The notes beneath the pieces are model-generated. The model was not told the origin of the DNA. It did no database searches and saw only the letters and a program-made list of their open reading frames with translations. A DNA stretch of 64,000 bases from a virus. This document shows, in pieces, positions 8,285-16,729 of the stretch. Positions within the stretch are counted from its first letter, which is position 1. Every line of letters begins with the position of its first letter. The position numbers were made by a program, and so were the translations under genes. The stretch spans positions 1-64,000 of IMG/VR virus record IMGVR_UViG_3300048583_000274, one strand, 5' to 3'.

Positions 8285-8938
8285 TTAAAGTTTAGGAGGA
8301 AATAATTCACTAATATGAAGATCTAAAGCTTCTGCCATAGCTTCTAAAGTAGATAGAGTAGGATTTCCTTCTCCTTTTTCAATCATGCTAATAGAACTAG
8401 AAACTAATTTATTATTACTTAAACTAACCATGTCACAGTTTCTCAATCTTTTTTTCAATCTAGTCTGTTGTATAACAACTCCTATGTATTGAATTAGATT
8501 AATAGGAACATCCTCATAAGTAGTAGTAATTACCGGAGTTCGCATAATATACCCTTTTTCTGTCCTAATAATTTTAGGTTCTCCGGATACCTCTGTCTCT
8601 AGAGGAATTTCTTTTTCTTCAGAAAAATCCTTAATAGGAACTTCTTCTTCAAGTGTTTCTTCTAATAACTTAGGTTGAGGGATGGGACTACTTTCCCATC
8701 TGTACATAAAAAGATTGTAAGTCTCTTCAGGATTTACAGAATATTTGTTGTCATAAGGCCCTGCAGTGTATACAGGTCTTATTAAATCTTCAGGAGAAAG
8801 AATAAGAGTTTCTCTGGGATAATCTTTACAAGTAACTTTAATAGGTACCTGAGCTTGAAGAGCTTTTTTTACAAGAGTGTCTGAAAGAGCAATAATACCT
8901 TCTCTAGAGGTTGAACAATGTTTTTCTAAGTAATGCAT
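8285..8938 (-). CDS. protein with C-terminal XRE-type helix-turn-helix
   Basis: The C-terminus NKLVSSSISMIEKGEGNPTLSTLEAMAEALDLHISELF matches the Cro/C1 (XRE) HTH pattern. Confidence 0.55.
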   Translation of the reverse strand: MHYLEKHCSTSREGIIALSDTLVKKALQAQVPIKVTCKDYPRETLILSPEDLIRPVYTAGPYDNKYSVNPEETYNLFMYRWESSPIPQPKLLEETLEEEVPIKDFSEEKEIPLETEVSGEPKIIRTEKGYIMRTPVITTTYEDVPINLIQYIGVVIQQTRLKKRLRNCDMVSLSNNKLVSSSISMIEKGEGNPTLSTLEAMAEALDLHISELFPPKL

Positions 8939-8964
8939 GTTATGAATAATTTTTAGTTTATAGT

Positions 8965-9150
8965 TTATTTATCATCAGTTTTGATAACCTTACATTTTAG
9001 TAAGGTTCTTCTCTTAGAAGGAGCTTGTCCTTTACCTGATGGAGTATCTTTATGTAGTTGAAAGACTAATTCTTTGTCTTCATCTTGAATGATAAGTTCA
9101 TCTCCAATCCAAAATTGGTAGATATCTTTAGGTGCATCAATGTTTGCCAT
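8965..9150 (-). CDS. hypothetical protein
   Basis: 61-aa ORF abutting the dNMP kinase stop. Confidence 0.4.
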   Translation of the reverse strand: MANIDAPKDIYQFWIGDELIIQDEDKELVFQLHKDTPSGKGQAPSKRRTLLKCKVIKTDDK

Positions 9151-10016
9151 TAGATTATTTTTTCTTCAATTAATACTTGTCTTACATTCTCAATTAAATC
9201 TTCAATAGTATCATTGTTATAGATAGTATGCTTACAATCATAATTATCCAAAGCTGTTTCAGATTCATGTTGATTAGCTAATTCTACCATACTCATACTT
9301 CCTCTGATTACTTTGATAGTAATTCCTCCTTTTTTCCTTACAGCTTCTAATTCATTAGGAAATCTCATATCAGTGATTATCCAGTTAGACTTTTTAACAT
9401 AATGATTAGATAATCTATCTTCTAACTCTTTTGTAGAAATCTCTGTCCAATCATTATTTAAAACTTCATAACCTTTTTCTCCTGCAAGAGAAATCAATTC
9501 TTCTCTAGATAATTCTTTGTTTATATATTTACTAAATAAAGCATTTACCCAAATATTAGGATGAAGAATTTCTCTCCCACACTCAGTCCCTAAGAGTTGG
9601 AGTAATAATCTAGGAGTCAGTGTTTCTTTTACATACCTTTTAGTTTGAGGATACTTAAAACAAATGTTAGCAGCTTCTTCTTGTGTAGATACATAATAAG
9701 GATAGTCTCCTTTTGTAATTATCCTATACTTAATCCATTCTTCTCCTAAAGGAGTTTCTTTAAACTCTTGGCTTTCTAATTGTTCTCTAGTACACCCTAA
9801 AAGAATACAAACCATGTCTTTAAGACTATCTGCAAATTTTCTGATTTTAAAAGAAGAAGATAATACTTCTCTATTTAAAAAATCTGCAACAGCTTTATTT
9901 GTAAAATGAGGAGAGCTTACAATTATTTGTATAATCTTTCCAATTGTATCTTTTCCGGATCCAATTTTTCCACTAATTCCTATTAAAGCCATACCACCAA
10001 TTTTGAAGTTTAACAA
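9150..10016 (-). CDS. deoxynucleoside monophosphate kinase
   Basis: P-loop GISGKIGSGKDT and ITDMRFPNELEAVRKKGG, the pattern of phage dNMP kinases. Confidence 0.65.
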   Translation of the reverse strand: MLNFKIGGMALIGISGKIGSGKDTIGKIIQIIVSSPHFTNKAVADFLNREVLSSSFKIRKFADSLKDMVCILLGCTREQLESQEFKETPLGEEWIKYRIITKGDYPYYVSTQEEAANICFKYPQTKRYVKETLTPRLLLQLLGTECGREILHPNIWVNALFSKYINKELSREELISLAGEKGYEVLNNDWTEISTKELEDRLSNHYVKKSNWIITDMRFPNELEAVRKKGGITIKVIRGSMSMVELANQHESETALDNYDCKHTIYNNDTIEDLIENVRQVLIEEKII

Positions 10017-10281
10017 TAAGATTTTGAAACCAATTTAATTTTACTCTAGTTTTTTGAATCCTTCTAGTCTTTTGAACAGGTTTTCCTGTAGGGACATACT
10101 CTGTACAATATTTATCATTTACCCATCTATTAAAAAGATGAGGATGATTAGTCCATGATAACAATAAGTAAATTTTTTTACCTCTCTTCTCTACTGCCTT
10201 TATTCTAGCAGGAGGAAAGTTTTTATAGATAGCATAGACAGGTTCTTTTTCTAGCATATCTTTTTGAACACTTGTTGGCAT
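9973..10281 (-). CDS. hypothetical protein
   Basis: 102-aa basic ORF overlapping the kinase start. Confidence 0.45.
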   Translation of the reverse strand: MPTSVQKDMLEKEPVYAIYKNFPPARIKAVEKRGKKIYLLLSWTNHPHLFNRWVNDKYCTEYVPTGKPVQKTRRIQKTRVKLNWFQNLIVKLQNWWYGFNRN

Positions 10282-10305
10282 AATATGTATTTAAAAAATT
10301 AAAAA

Positions 10306-10333
10306 ATCAGAGGAAGATTGCTCTCCCTCTGAT
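10306..10333 (-). terminator. Rho-independent terminator
   Basis: Stem atcagagg (10306-10313) / cctctgat (10326-10333). The minus-strand RNA is followed by UUUUUUAAUUUUUU. It lies 3 nt past the stop of ORF 10336..10950. Confidence 0.65.
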
Positions 10334-10335
10334 AA

Positions 10336-10950
10336 TTACATAAAAATTTCCTCTTGATTTATAGGAGGTATATCAAATTCCGGATTTTCTTGTCTAATAT
10401 CATAGTCTGTGATAGTTGTATCATAAGTTTCTTTGATTAAATTGACAAAAAATTGTTTTCCGGCAAGTGATTTAGTAAGAACTGCTTTTGTAGTAACTTT
10501 AGAATTATCTGAAAAGTAAGATTCAATCTCTTTCTTAGTGTACATTTTACTGTATTTACCTTCAAGAAATTTATCATATACATCTTCCATGATTAAAGGA
10601 AAGGCAATAACTACCATGTGTCTTCTACTTTCATTCCCTAGTACAGAGTCTGCTACATAATCAGTTACATAATAATCTTGGTGCCTAACCCAGTCTAAAA
10701 AATTAAAAAACAAATCAGCTCTTACAGCCATATCAATTAGCATATAAATATTCTTTTGACCTTCTAAGTGCGAACCTACTAAGTTCATGTCAAAGAGGCC
10801 AAAAGCTAACTTTTGTACTGTATTTAATTTGGCTTTAAAAGTGTCTCCATAATAGAGTAAAGCAGGGACAAGATATTTTAGGGTTTTATTAACATAGAGT
10901 TCTCCTATCCTAATCTGCATCCCCTCAACATTTTGTTTAATCAATACCAT
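10336..10950 (-). CDS. hypothetical protein
   Basis: 204-aa ORF followed by a terminator. Confidence 0.5.
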   Translation of the reverse strand: MVLIKQNVEGMQIRIGELYVNKTLKYLVPALLYYGDTFKAKLNTVQKLAFGLFDMNLVGSHLEGQKNIYMLIDMAVRADLFFNFLDWVRHQDYYVTDYVADSVLGNESRRHMVVIAFPLIMEDVYDKFLEGKYSKMYTKKEIESYFSDNSKVTTKAVLTKSLAGKQFFVNLIKETYDTTITDYDIRQENPEFDIPPINQEEIFM

Positions 10951-12118
10951 CCCAAGTCAAAGTTAAAGGGTTAATACCTGCCTCTTGGATCTTTCTTTCT
11001 TCACTGAAACCATTTTCAGAATGAAAAAGATATAAATCTAAAAGTTGCTCATACCCTAAAACTTCATACTGAAGAGTAATATTTTCTGTTTCTTTTCCTT
11101 CAGGAGCAAAGATATTCATATCTATTAAAGATACTCTTTTTCTACCATTTTCTCCCATATTAAGTAAACTATTATCACATACAAACCTTAGAGGTTTTCC
11201 TTGATAAGAAGTTGACTCTACAATGAATTGAAAAGGCATAATGTTAGCTCCTTCAGTAATAGCTTCTGCAAAATGATGCATCAAGGCCAATGTGTACCAT
11301 GCGGCTTGAATATCATATCTTCTAGTTCTAACACTACTTGGAAAATAATAAGTATTCCCATTCATAGTCTTTAAATCTATAGGAGTAATTTTCAAGAGCT
11401 TTCTAGTATCAGAATCAAATTCTAAAATTACTATGTCAAGTAAAGCTTTACAGCTTACTCCTCTGTAAGTAAAATAGATTGGAAACTGATAGAATACCTG
11501 TACATCATTTAAACCTTCTAGAAGCTCTCTATTGAAGTAAGAGGAGGTTCTATAATGAGTTCTTAAGGAAGCTACAATAGAATGTATTGTATTTGCCTGA
11601 GTTTGACTTAAAATAGTCTTACCAAAAGATTTGATAAGGTCATTAAAATAAGCTGCTCCGGGGCCTACAATATTATTCAATTTGGCTTCTGCTCCCCATC
11701 TAGGTTGCCACCCTGTTTTTTCACAAGCATCTAAAATGTATTGAGAATGGTTTGCTAATTCTCCTGCAAATTCTTCAAAAGTACCTGTGGTAGAAGGAGT
11801 TCCATCAGAAGGAACTACTTCTAGTGATTCTGCATAATCCTCTAATAAATCCTGTTGAACAAGCTTTATGATATCTATTACTGCTTCTGAAGGAAGTTTT
11901 TCAACTTCAGAAATATAATATTCTTCTTTAAACTTTTCTTCAGAATCAGTTAGAATAGTATCTACTGCAGAACCTATAATAAAATGTTCTTGTTTAAAAT
12001 CATCTTCTTTGTTAAAGGAGCTAACATCTCCTAATAACTTTTTCAACTTAGACTGACCTAATGCATCAGACTGATAGTACTCTTGTACTTGTTCCTTTGT
12101 GGCTAATATTACTGACAT
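10937..12118 (-). CDS. PD-(D/E)XK (RecB/Cas4-like) exonuclease
   Basis: LLDIVILEF ... ITPIDLKT (D ... DxK), followed by DIQAAWYTLAL (QxxxY). Confidence 0.5.
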   Translation of the reverse strand: MSVILATKEQVQEYYQSDALGQSKLKKLLGDVSSFNKEDDFKQEHFIIGSAVDTILTDSEEKFKEEYYISEVEKLPSEAVIDIIKLVQQDLLEDYAESLEVVPSDGTPSTTGTFEEFAGELANHSQYILDACEKTGWQPRWGAEAKLNNIVGPGAAYFNDLIKSFGKTILSQTQANTIHSIVASLRTHYRTSSYFNRELLEGLNDVQVFYQFPIYFTYRGVSCKALLDIVILEFDSDTRKLLKITPIDLKTMNGNTYYFPSSVRTRRYDIQAAWYTLALMHHFAEAITEGANIMPFQFIVESTSYQGKPLRFVCDNSLLNMGENGRKRVSLIDMNIFAPEGKETENITLQYEVLGYEQLLDLYLFHSENGFSEERKIQEAGINPLTLTWDGID

Positions 12119-12624
12119 GTTACATACTGTTTTAAGATTACTTCACTTTTAAAATGGTCAAGTGGCATGCCTATGATATATTTATAAGGAGAATCAAGGT
12201 CAAACTTAAATTCTTTAGCATAACTAATTTCTAAAGTAGTTTCAGGATAACTATTAAATTCTTCAAATTGTATCATAGACATATACACCATTTCCATACC
12301 CGGAGTTCTTTTACTTCCGGGCTTACCTTGTTTGTAGTGTATTAGCAAACAAGGTTTATTATGAACTTCATCTTCAAGGGGGAACATACTAGCAATAGAG
12401 GATGCCATCATAAACAACTCTTTGCCGGGATTCATATTCTTTTGAATACCGGCTTTAATTTGTAAATTAAAAGGAATGTACATCAAATCTATCTTAGCAT
12501 TGTCATGCTTTTTGCTTACAAATCTAGAGGTCTCACAGAAATTAAAGCCTAATTCTCTAAAGAATTTAGCATAATGTCTTTCTGCATTACTCCCTTTTCT
12601 TTTGTTTGTGGCTCCAACTCCCAT
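12109..12624 (-). CDS. Holliday-junction-resolvase-like PD-(D/E)XK nuclease (putative)
   Basis: GSNAERHYAKFFRELGF ... KIDLMYIPFNLQIK resembles the Hjc/RecU-type pattern G..ER...L...G ... D ... (E/Q)xK. Confidence 0.4.
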   Translation of the reverse strand: MGVGATNKRKGSNAERHYAKFFRELGFNFCETSRFVSKKHDNAKIDLMYIPFNLQIKAGIQKNMNPGKELFMMASSIASMFPLEDEVHNKPCLLIHYKQGKPGSKRTPGMEMVYMSMIQFEEFNSYPETTLEISYAKEFKFDLDSPYKYIIGMPLDHFKSEVILKQYVTCQ

Positions 12625-12664
12625 ATAAGATTTTTAAAATTAATAATATAAAAACTTACATACC

Positions 12665-13636
12665 TTATTCATCTAACAGTTCTATAACTACTCCTCTTAT
12701 TCTTCTTGAACTTCTCCAAATAACAACAGGAGAGTTTACTTCATGGGCATCTGCTGCCAATATGTGGTCTAAGTCAATTTCAAGAGTTTCTTCCTCTTCA
12801 TCCCAAATATCATAATCATAGTCTATATGGGTAGACTCTTCTTCTTCATCTGAGTAAAATAAAGCTTCCTCTTCAATACTTAATTCTTCTGTAGGTGGTA
12901 CAAAAGAAGGCACAGGAGGGGCAATAGGGTAGGGAATTTCTGTTACTATTTTTCTAACATTTAATTTTTCTTCAAAAGTGTCCTCTTCTTCTGAGCAAAA
13001 TATATTAGGTAAAACAGTATTTAAGTAGTCATGTAGACCTGTTAGAGTTGTGGTTTTCTTGATTTCAAAAACTCTTGCGAAGGTATTTTTTTCTATTTGA
13101 GCAGAGGGCATTAATTTGACCTCTATACCTTTTATAAAGCAAGTGTTAACAAGTAATTCGGGTTGAAGCTTTCTGCTTAATGGGCTATGTTTTTTCTCTG
13201 TGAGTAGTTCACTAGCATACAAAAGAACTAATTTAGAGTAGTCTATAGTATGAAGACTTCTTAACTCTCTAATTAAATCTTGGTCTAAAAAATCTTTTTG
13301 TCTAAGAGTAATAATAGCTAAAGGCTCTCCTTTGTCAGTAAAGATAGCATTAAACATAATAAAATAAGTCTGAGAACCTATTTTTATAGTTCTTGGATTA
13401 GATTCCATACCACTAAACAAAGAGATTATATTTTTTATTGTATTACTCCTTGTTCTTAACTCCGAAGAATTAAAAAGAGGTTTAGTATAATAAAAAAGAT
13501 CAGGATGTTTAGAAAAACGTCTTATATTAGAAACAACATAAGTAGGGACATATTTATTAAGTATAGCTGAAGTTACTGTATAAGGGTCTTCTTCAGGATA
13601 ATAATGATTAAACTGATAAGAATAAAAAAGTTCCAT
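12665..13636 (-). CDS. hypothetical protein with highly acidic C-terminal region
   Basis: 323-aa ORF immediately downstream of, and abutting, the ThiF-like gene. It contains DEEEESTHIDYDYDIWDEEEE. Confidence 0.5.
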   Translation of the reverse strand: MELFYSYQFNHYYPEEDPYTVTSAILNKYVPTYVVSNIRRFSKHPDLFYYTKPLFNSSELRTRSNTIKNIISLFSGMESNPRTIKIGSQTYFIMFNAIFTDKGEPLAIITLRQKDFLDQDLIRELRSLHTIDYSKLVLLYASELLTEKKHSPLSRKLQPELLVNTCFIKGIEVKLMPSAQIEKNTFARVFEIKKTTTLTGLHDYLNTVLPNIFCSEEEDTFEEKLNVRKIVTEIPYPIAPPVPSFVPPTEELSIEEEALFYSDEEEESTHIDYDYDIWDEEEETLEIDLDHILAADAHEVNSPVVIWRSSRRIRGVVIELLDE

Positions 13637-14325
13637 TATAACTCAAGATTAGTTAAACACATAGGTACCATAAACTCATAGTAAAAAGGAACATCTCTTA
13701 CAACTTCTCCCATATATTCATTAGTCAAATGATTAGTGAAGAAAGAAGCCATTAAAGAACCTATCATAGCAGCAGTATGAGAAGTTTGTTTCATAGTACA
13801 AGGAGCATCAGGAACATTACTATCTGCAAATAAGTGTTCTATTTGGTACTTGTTAGCAGTAGCAGGAGTAACACAAAATACTTGAAGTTGTTCCATTTCT
13901 AATCTACCATCTATAAAAATAGGAGTGATATGGCTAGGAGTATGAGGCCAAGACTTTTTCCATAAATGGAAAAGAGTGTGTCTAGCTTCCATATTATCAA
14001 AAGCTGAAAAAGCATAATAATGAGTAGTAGTATCAAAAGTAAGAGCTTCATTGATAGGAGCTATCTCTACATCACAAAACTCAGCAAGAATCTCAGCTAC
14101 AGCACTTACTTTAGGAGTTCCTATACTTTTTTGAAAAAATAATTGTCCTCCTAAATTATGATCTTCAACTGTATCAAAATCATATAAGTACACTTTAATT
14201 CCTATTTTAGCAAGGAAATAAGTTAACCATGAACCTATTCCTCCTGCTCCTCCCACTAAAGCTAGCTCCCCTTCTTTAGGAAGCCATGGAGCATCTTTAA
14301 ACCTCTGTCTTTGTTCTGTATTCAT
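13636..14325 (-). CDS. ThiF/MoeB/E1-like adenylyltransferase-fold protein
   Basis: Rossmann signature LALVGGAGGIGSWLTYFLAKIGIKVYLYDFDTVEDHNLGGQLF (GxGxxG ... DxDxV...NLxxQ). Confidence 0.75.
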   Translation of the reverse strand: MNTEQRQRFKDAPWLPKEGELALVGGAGGIGSWLTYFLAKIGIKVYLYDFDTVEDHNLGGQLFFQKSIGTPKVSAVAEILAEFCDVEIAPINEALTFDTTTHYYAFSAFDNMEARHTLFHLWKKSWPHTPSHITPIFIDGRLEMEQLQVFCVTPATANKYQIEHLFADSNVPDAPCTMKQTSHTAAMIGSLMASFFTNHLTNEYMGEVVRDVPFYYEFMVPMCLTNLEL

Positions 14326-15556
14326 CTTTAATAAATTTATCTAAGGTTTCTCCTAATACTTCTTTAGTCTTTAAAATTTCCGGGTAACTTTGAGCCTCTT
14401 CTTCTAAAACATCTAAAATCCATTCTGTAAAAAGAATAAAATGGTCTTTATCTCCATCAGGATAGAAATCATTGTAAAGAGTCATGTAATTTGAAATAAC
14501 TTTTTGAGCTATATCAAAAGGACTTAACCCTGCTAAAGCATTAAGCATGCTATAATAATTAGAAGCTTGGTCTCCTATTAAAGCAACATTCTTAAAGTTA
14601 AACAGATTAGTTACAAAAACATCAATTTCTAATTGTTGTTCTTGTGCTTCTAAATCTTCTATTTCTTCTTCTTCTAGAACTTGATGTAAAGGAATATCAG
14701 GATCTATTTTCCAACTGTCTTCATCAAAAACATTTTTAGGGTCAAAAGAAGCATTCCAAGATTCCATTTCTCTTTGCTCTTGAGTTTTTTTGAACTTATT
14801 GTATCCTAATTGTTTAGGATTTCCTTTAGTAGGAATTTGTAAATTAGTTCTAACAGGAAAAACATTGTGAACAGCTTTTACAGGCTTAGGTTCCATAATT
14901 TTAGCAACTCTTTCTGCAAAGATATCTTCCACTACAATTTCTGTTTTAGGAGAGATGATTTCACAATCATAAGTAAACAATTTTTGAGTCTTTACTTCAA
15001 AATTTTGTTTCTGAATTACATACTTTTTACCTGAAGAGTCCATAGCAAAATAAGATACATTAGGAATCTCTTTGTAAGCTTCTCCAATGAAAGCTACTTT
15101 AGCCATAAAATCCATGTAATTGTTTACAATTAAAGAAAGGTAAAAGTTATGAGAAGGAGCATTATCATTCAATTCTCCCATATCTACTCCTGAAAAGAAT
15201 ACTCTCATAACATTATGAGAATGAATGTGACCTAATTTCCAAGTACATCTTTCTTCAAAATCTTCTTCAATAAAATCAATAAATCTTTCATCTAAGTTAT
15301 ACTCAGTATAACCTGCAGTCCCCATATCTAAAGGGAGAATTGTTTTTAAGATTATCTTGAAAGTTTCCGGTTTGTCAATACTACCCTCTGTAGTATAAAA
15401 TAAAGCTCCGGACCACTCTACTTTAGGTATATTTTTACAAAGATATTGTATTTGATGAAATACTGTTTGATTCATTTCTATTGGAATTATAGGCTTTAAC
15501 TCTATAATTTTCAATTGTTTCTTTGTATATTTGATATTCGAGTTCTCTAATGACAT
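14297..15556 (-). CDS. JAB/MPN (JAMM) metallopeptidase-domain protein
   Basis: Exact JAMM motif HSHNVMRVFFSGVD (HxHx7Sx2D) with an upstream Glu (EWSGALFY). A ~250-aa acidic C-terminal extension follows. The N-terminus overlaps the upstream ORF by 41-122 nt, depending on which start is used. Confidence 0.75.
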   Translation of the reverse strand: MSLENSNIKYTKKQLKIIELKPIIPIEMNQTVFHQIQYLCKNIPKVEWSGALFYTTEGSIDKPETFKIILKTILPLDMGTAGYTEYNLDERFIDFIEEDFEERCTWKLGHIHSHNVMRVFFSGVDMGELNDNAPSHNFYLSLIVNNYMDFMAKVAFIGEAYKEIPNVSYFAMDSSGKKYVIQKQNFEVKTQKLFTYDCEIISPKTEIVVEDIFAERVAKIMEPKPVKAVHNVFPVRTNLQIPTKGNPKQLGYNKFKKTQEQREMESWNASFDPKNVFDEDSWKIDPDIPLHQVLEEEEIEDLEAQEQQLEIDVFVTNLFNFKNVALIGDQASNYYSMLNALAGLSPFDIAQKVISNYMTLYNDFYPDGDKDHFILFTEWILDVLEEEAQSYPEILKTKEVLGETLDKFIKDEYRTKTEV

Positions 15557-16670
15557 TTTCTATGAATTTAGGGTGTAATACAAGGTCTTGACTTTTTAAA
15601 TCAATAGTAGTATTAGGATTATTTTTTAAAACTTTAGGGTACACTTTTTTTCCTTTAAAAATAATGTAATCTGTAAAGGGATAGTGTTTTGGATCAGCTA
15701 GGGTTTTTTTAACATCTCCTCTTACATAACTATTACTATTAGGAACTCTGTAGACAACAATGTTTGAAGTAAAAGTAATATTGTTAGAAGTTGAAGTAGC
15801 TAATCTATACATAGAAAGAAAAAAAGTTTTTGCCTTATCATCATTGTAAATTTTATAATGATGATTTGAACAATAAAAATTCAAGTCAAGTTTTACTTTC
15901 TGATTTATTAGAAAAATAACAAAATCTTTTGCTTTTTCTTGAAAAAAACTATTTTGTAAATCATCAACAGGAGTATACTGACTTAAATGTACCCTAGACA
16001 TTCTATTGTAAGGAACTCCTTCTAAAGATTCCCATTTAAGCATACTATCTACAAGAAAAAAGAAAGCTTCATATTTTTCTAAGGAAAAGTTACTTGTTAA
16101 GTCAAATTCACAATTTCTTATATCTGTATCCGAACCTAAACAAAAGATATTTGGAACATTACACTCTGATAAAAAGTTACGAGAAGGTAAGTGGCTATGT
16201 AAATGCTGAGCTTGAAGTTCAGCTTGAGTTACACAAAATCTAAGTCCTTTCATACTTTCTAGTAAAAGATTAGCACGAGACTGTTTTACTTTAAAAGTAT
16301 ACACTACCAATAAATCCTTAATAGTATGTTTTTTACCTAGACTATTTACAACTTCTAATTTTGGGTATAGAACAGTAATAACAGGAATAAAAACTGCCTC
16401 TTCTTTGATAAAATTTACATCTACATTTTCTTTATGTTGAAGTCTTAAAATATCTAGTACTTGTAGAAACTGCTCTAAAACTTGTTTATCAACTTTTTCT
16501 GCATAAAATACAAACCCTGTTGAAGAAGGCTTAAAAGGAAAATTTATCAAGCCTAAATCAAAAGCTTTTGTAAGGAAATTAGAAGTAGAATGGAGATTAG
16601 TAAGTTGAGCATTATGAATAAGTTTTTCTGCAGGATAGGGAAACTCATTAAGATTATTTGTTAGTTTCAT
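15435..16670 (-). CDS. hypothetical protein (candidate E2-like component)
   Basis: 411-aa ORF directly upstream of the JAB/E1 pair. The segment HSHLPSRNFLSECNVPNIFCLGS faintly resembles the E2 HPN...C(L) region. This is inference only. Confidence 0.5.
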   Translation of the reverse strand: MKLTNNLNEFPYPAEKLIHNAQLTNLHSTSNFLTKAFDLGLINFPFKPSSTGFVFYAEKVDKQVLEQFLQVLDILRLQHKENVDVNFIKEEAVFIPVITVLYPKLEVVNSLGKKHTIKDLLVVYTFKVKQSRANLLLESMKGLRFCVTQAELQAQHLHSHLPSRNFLSECNVPNIFCLGSDTDIRNCEFDLTSNFSLEKYEAFFFLVDSMLKWESLEGVPYNRMSRVHLSQYTPVDDLQNSFFQEKAKDFVIFLINQKVKLDLNFYCSNHHYKIYNDDKAKTFFLSMYRLATSTSNNITFTSNIVVYRVPNSNSYVRGDVKKTLADPKHYPFTDYIIFKGKKVYPKVLKNNPNTTIDLKSQDLVLHPKFIENVIRELEYQIYKETIENYRVKAYNSNRNESNSISSNTISL

Positions 16671-16689
16671 TTTATAAGATTAAAAATTA

Positions 16690-16719
16690 AAACCCTTACC
16701 TAAGTTAAGATAAGGGTTT
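16690..16719 (-). terminator. Rho-independent terminator (possibly partial)
   Basis: Stem aaaccctta (16690-16698) / taagggttt (16711-16719). The minus-strand RNA is followed by UAAUUUUUAAUC. It sits between ORF 16730..17512 and ORF 15435..16670. Confidence 0.5.
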
Positions 16720-16729
16720 ATAAAAAATA

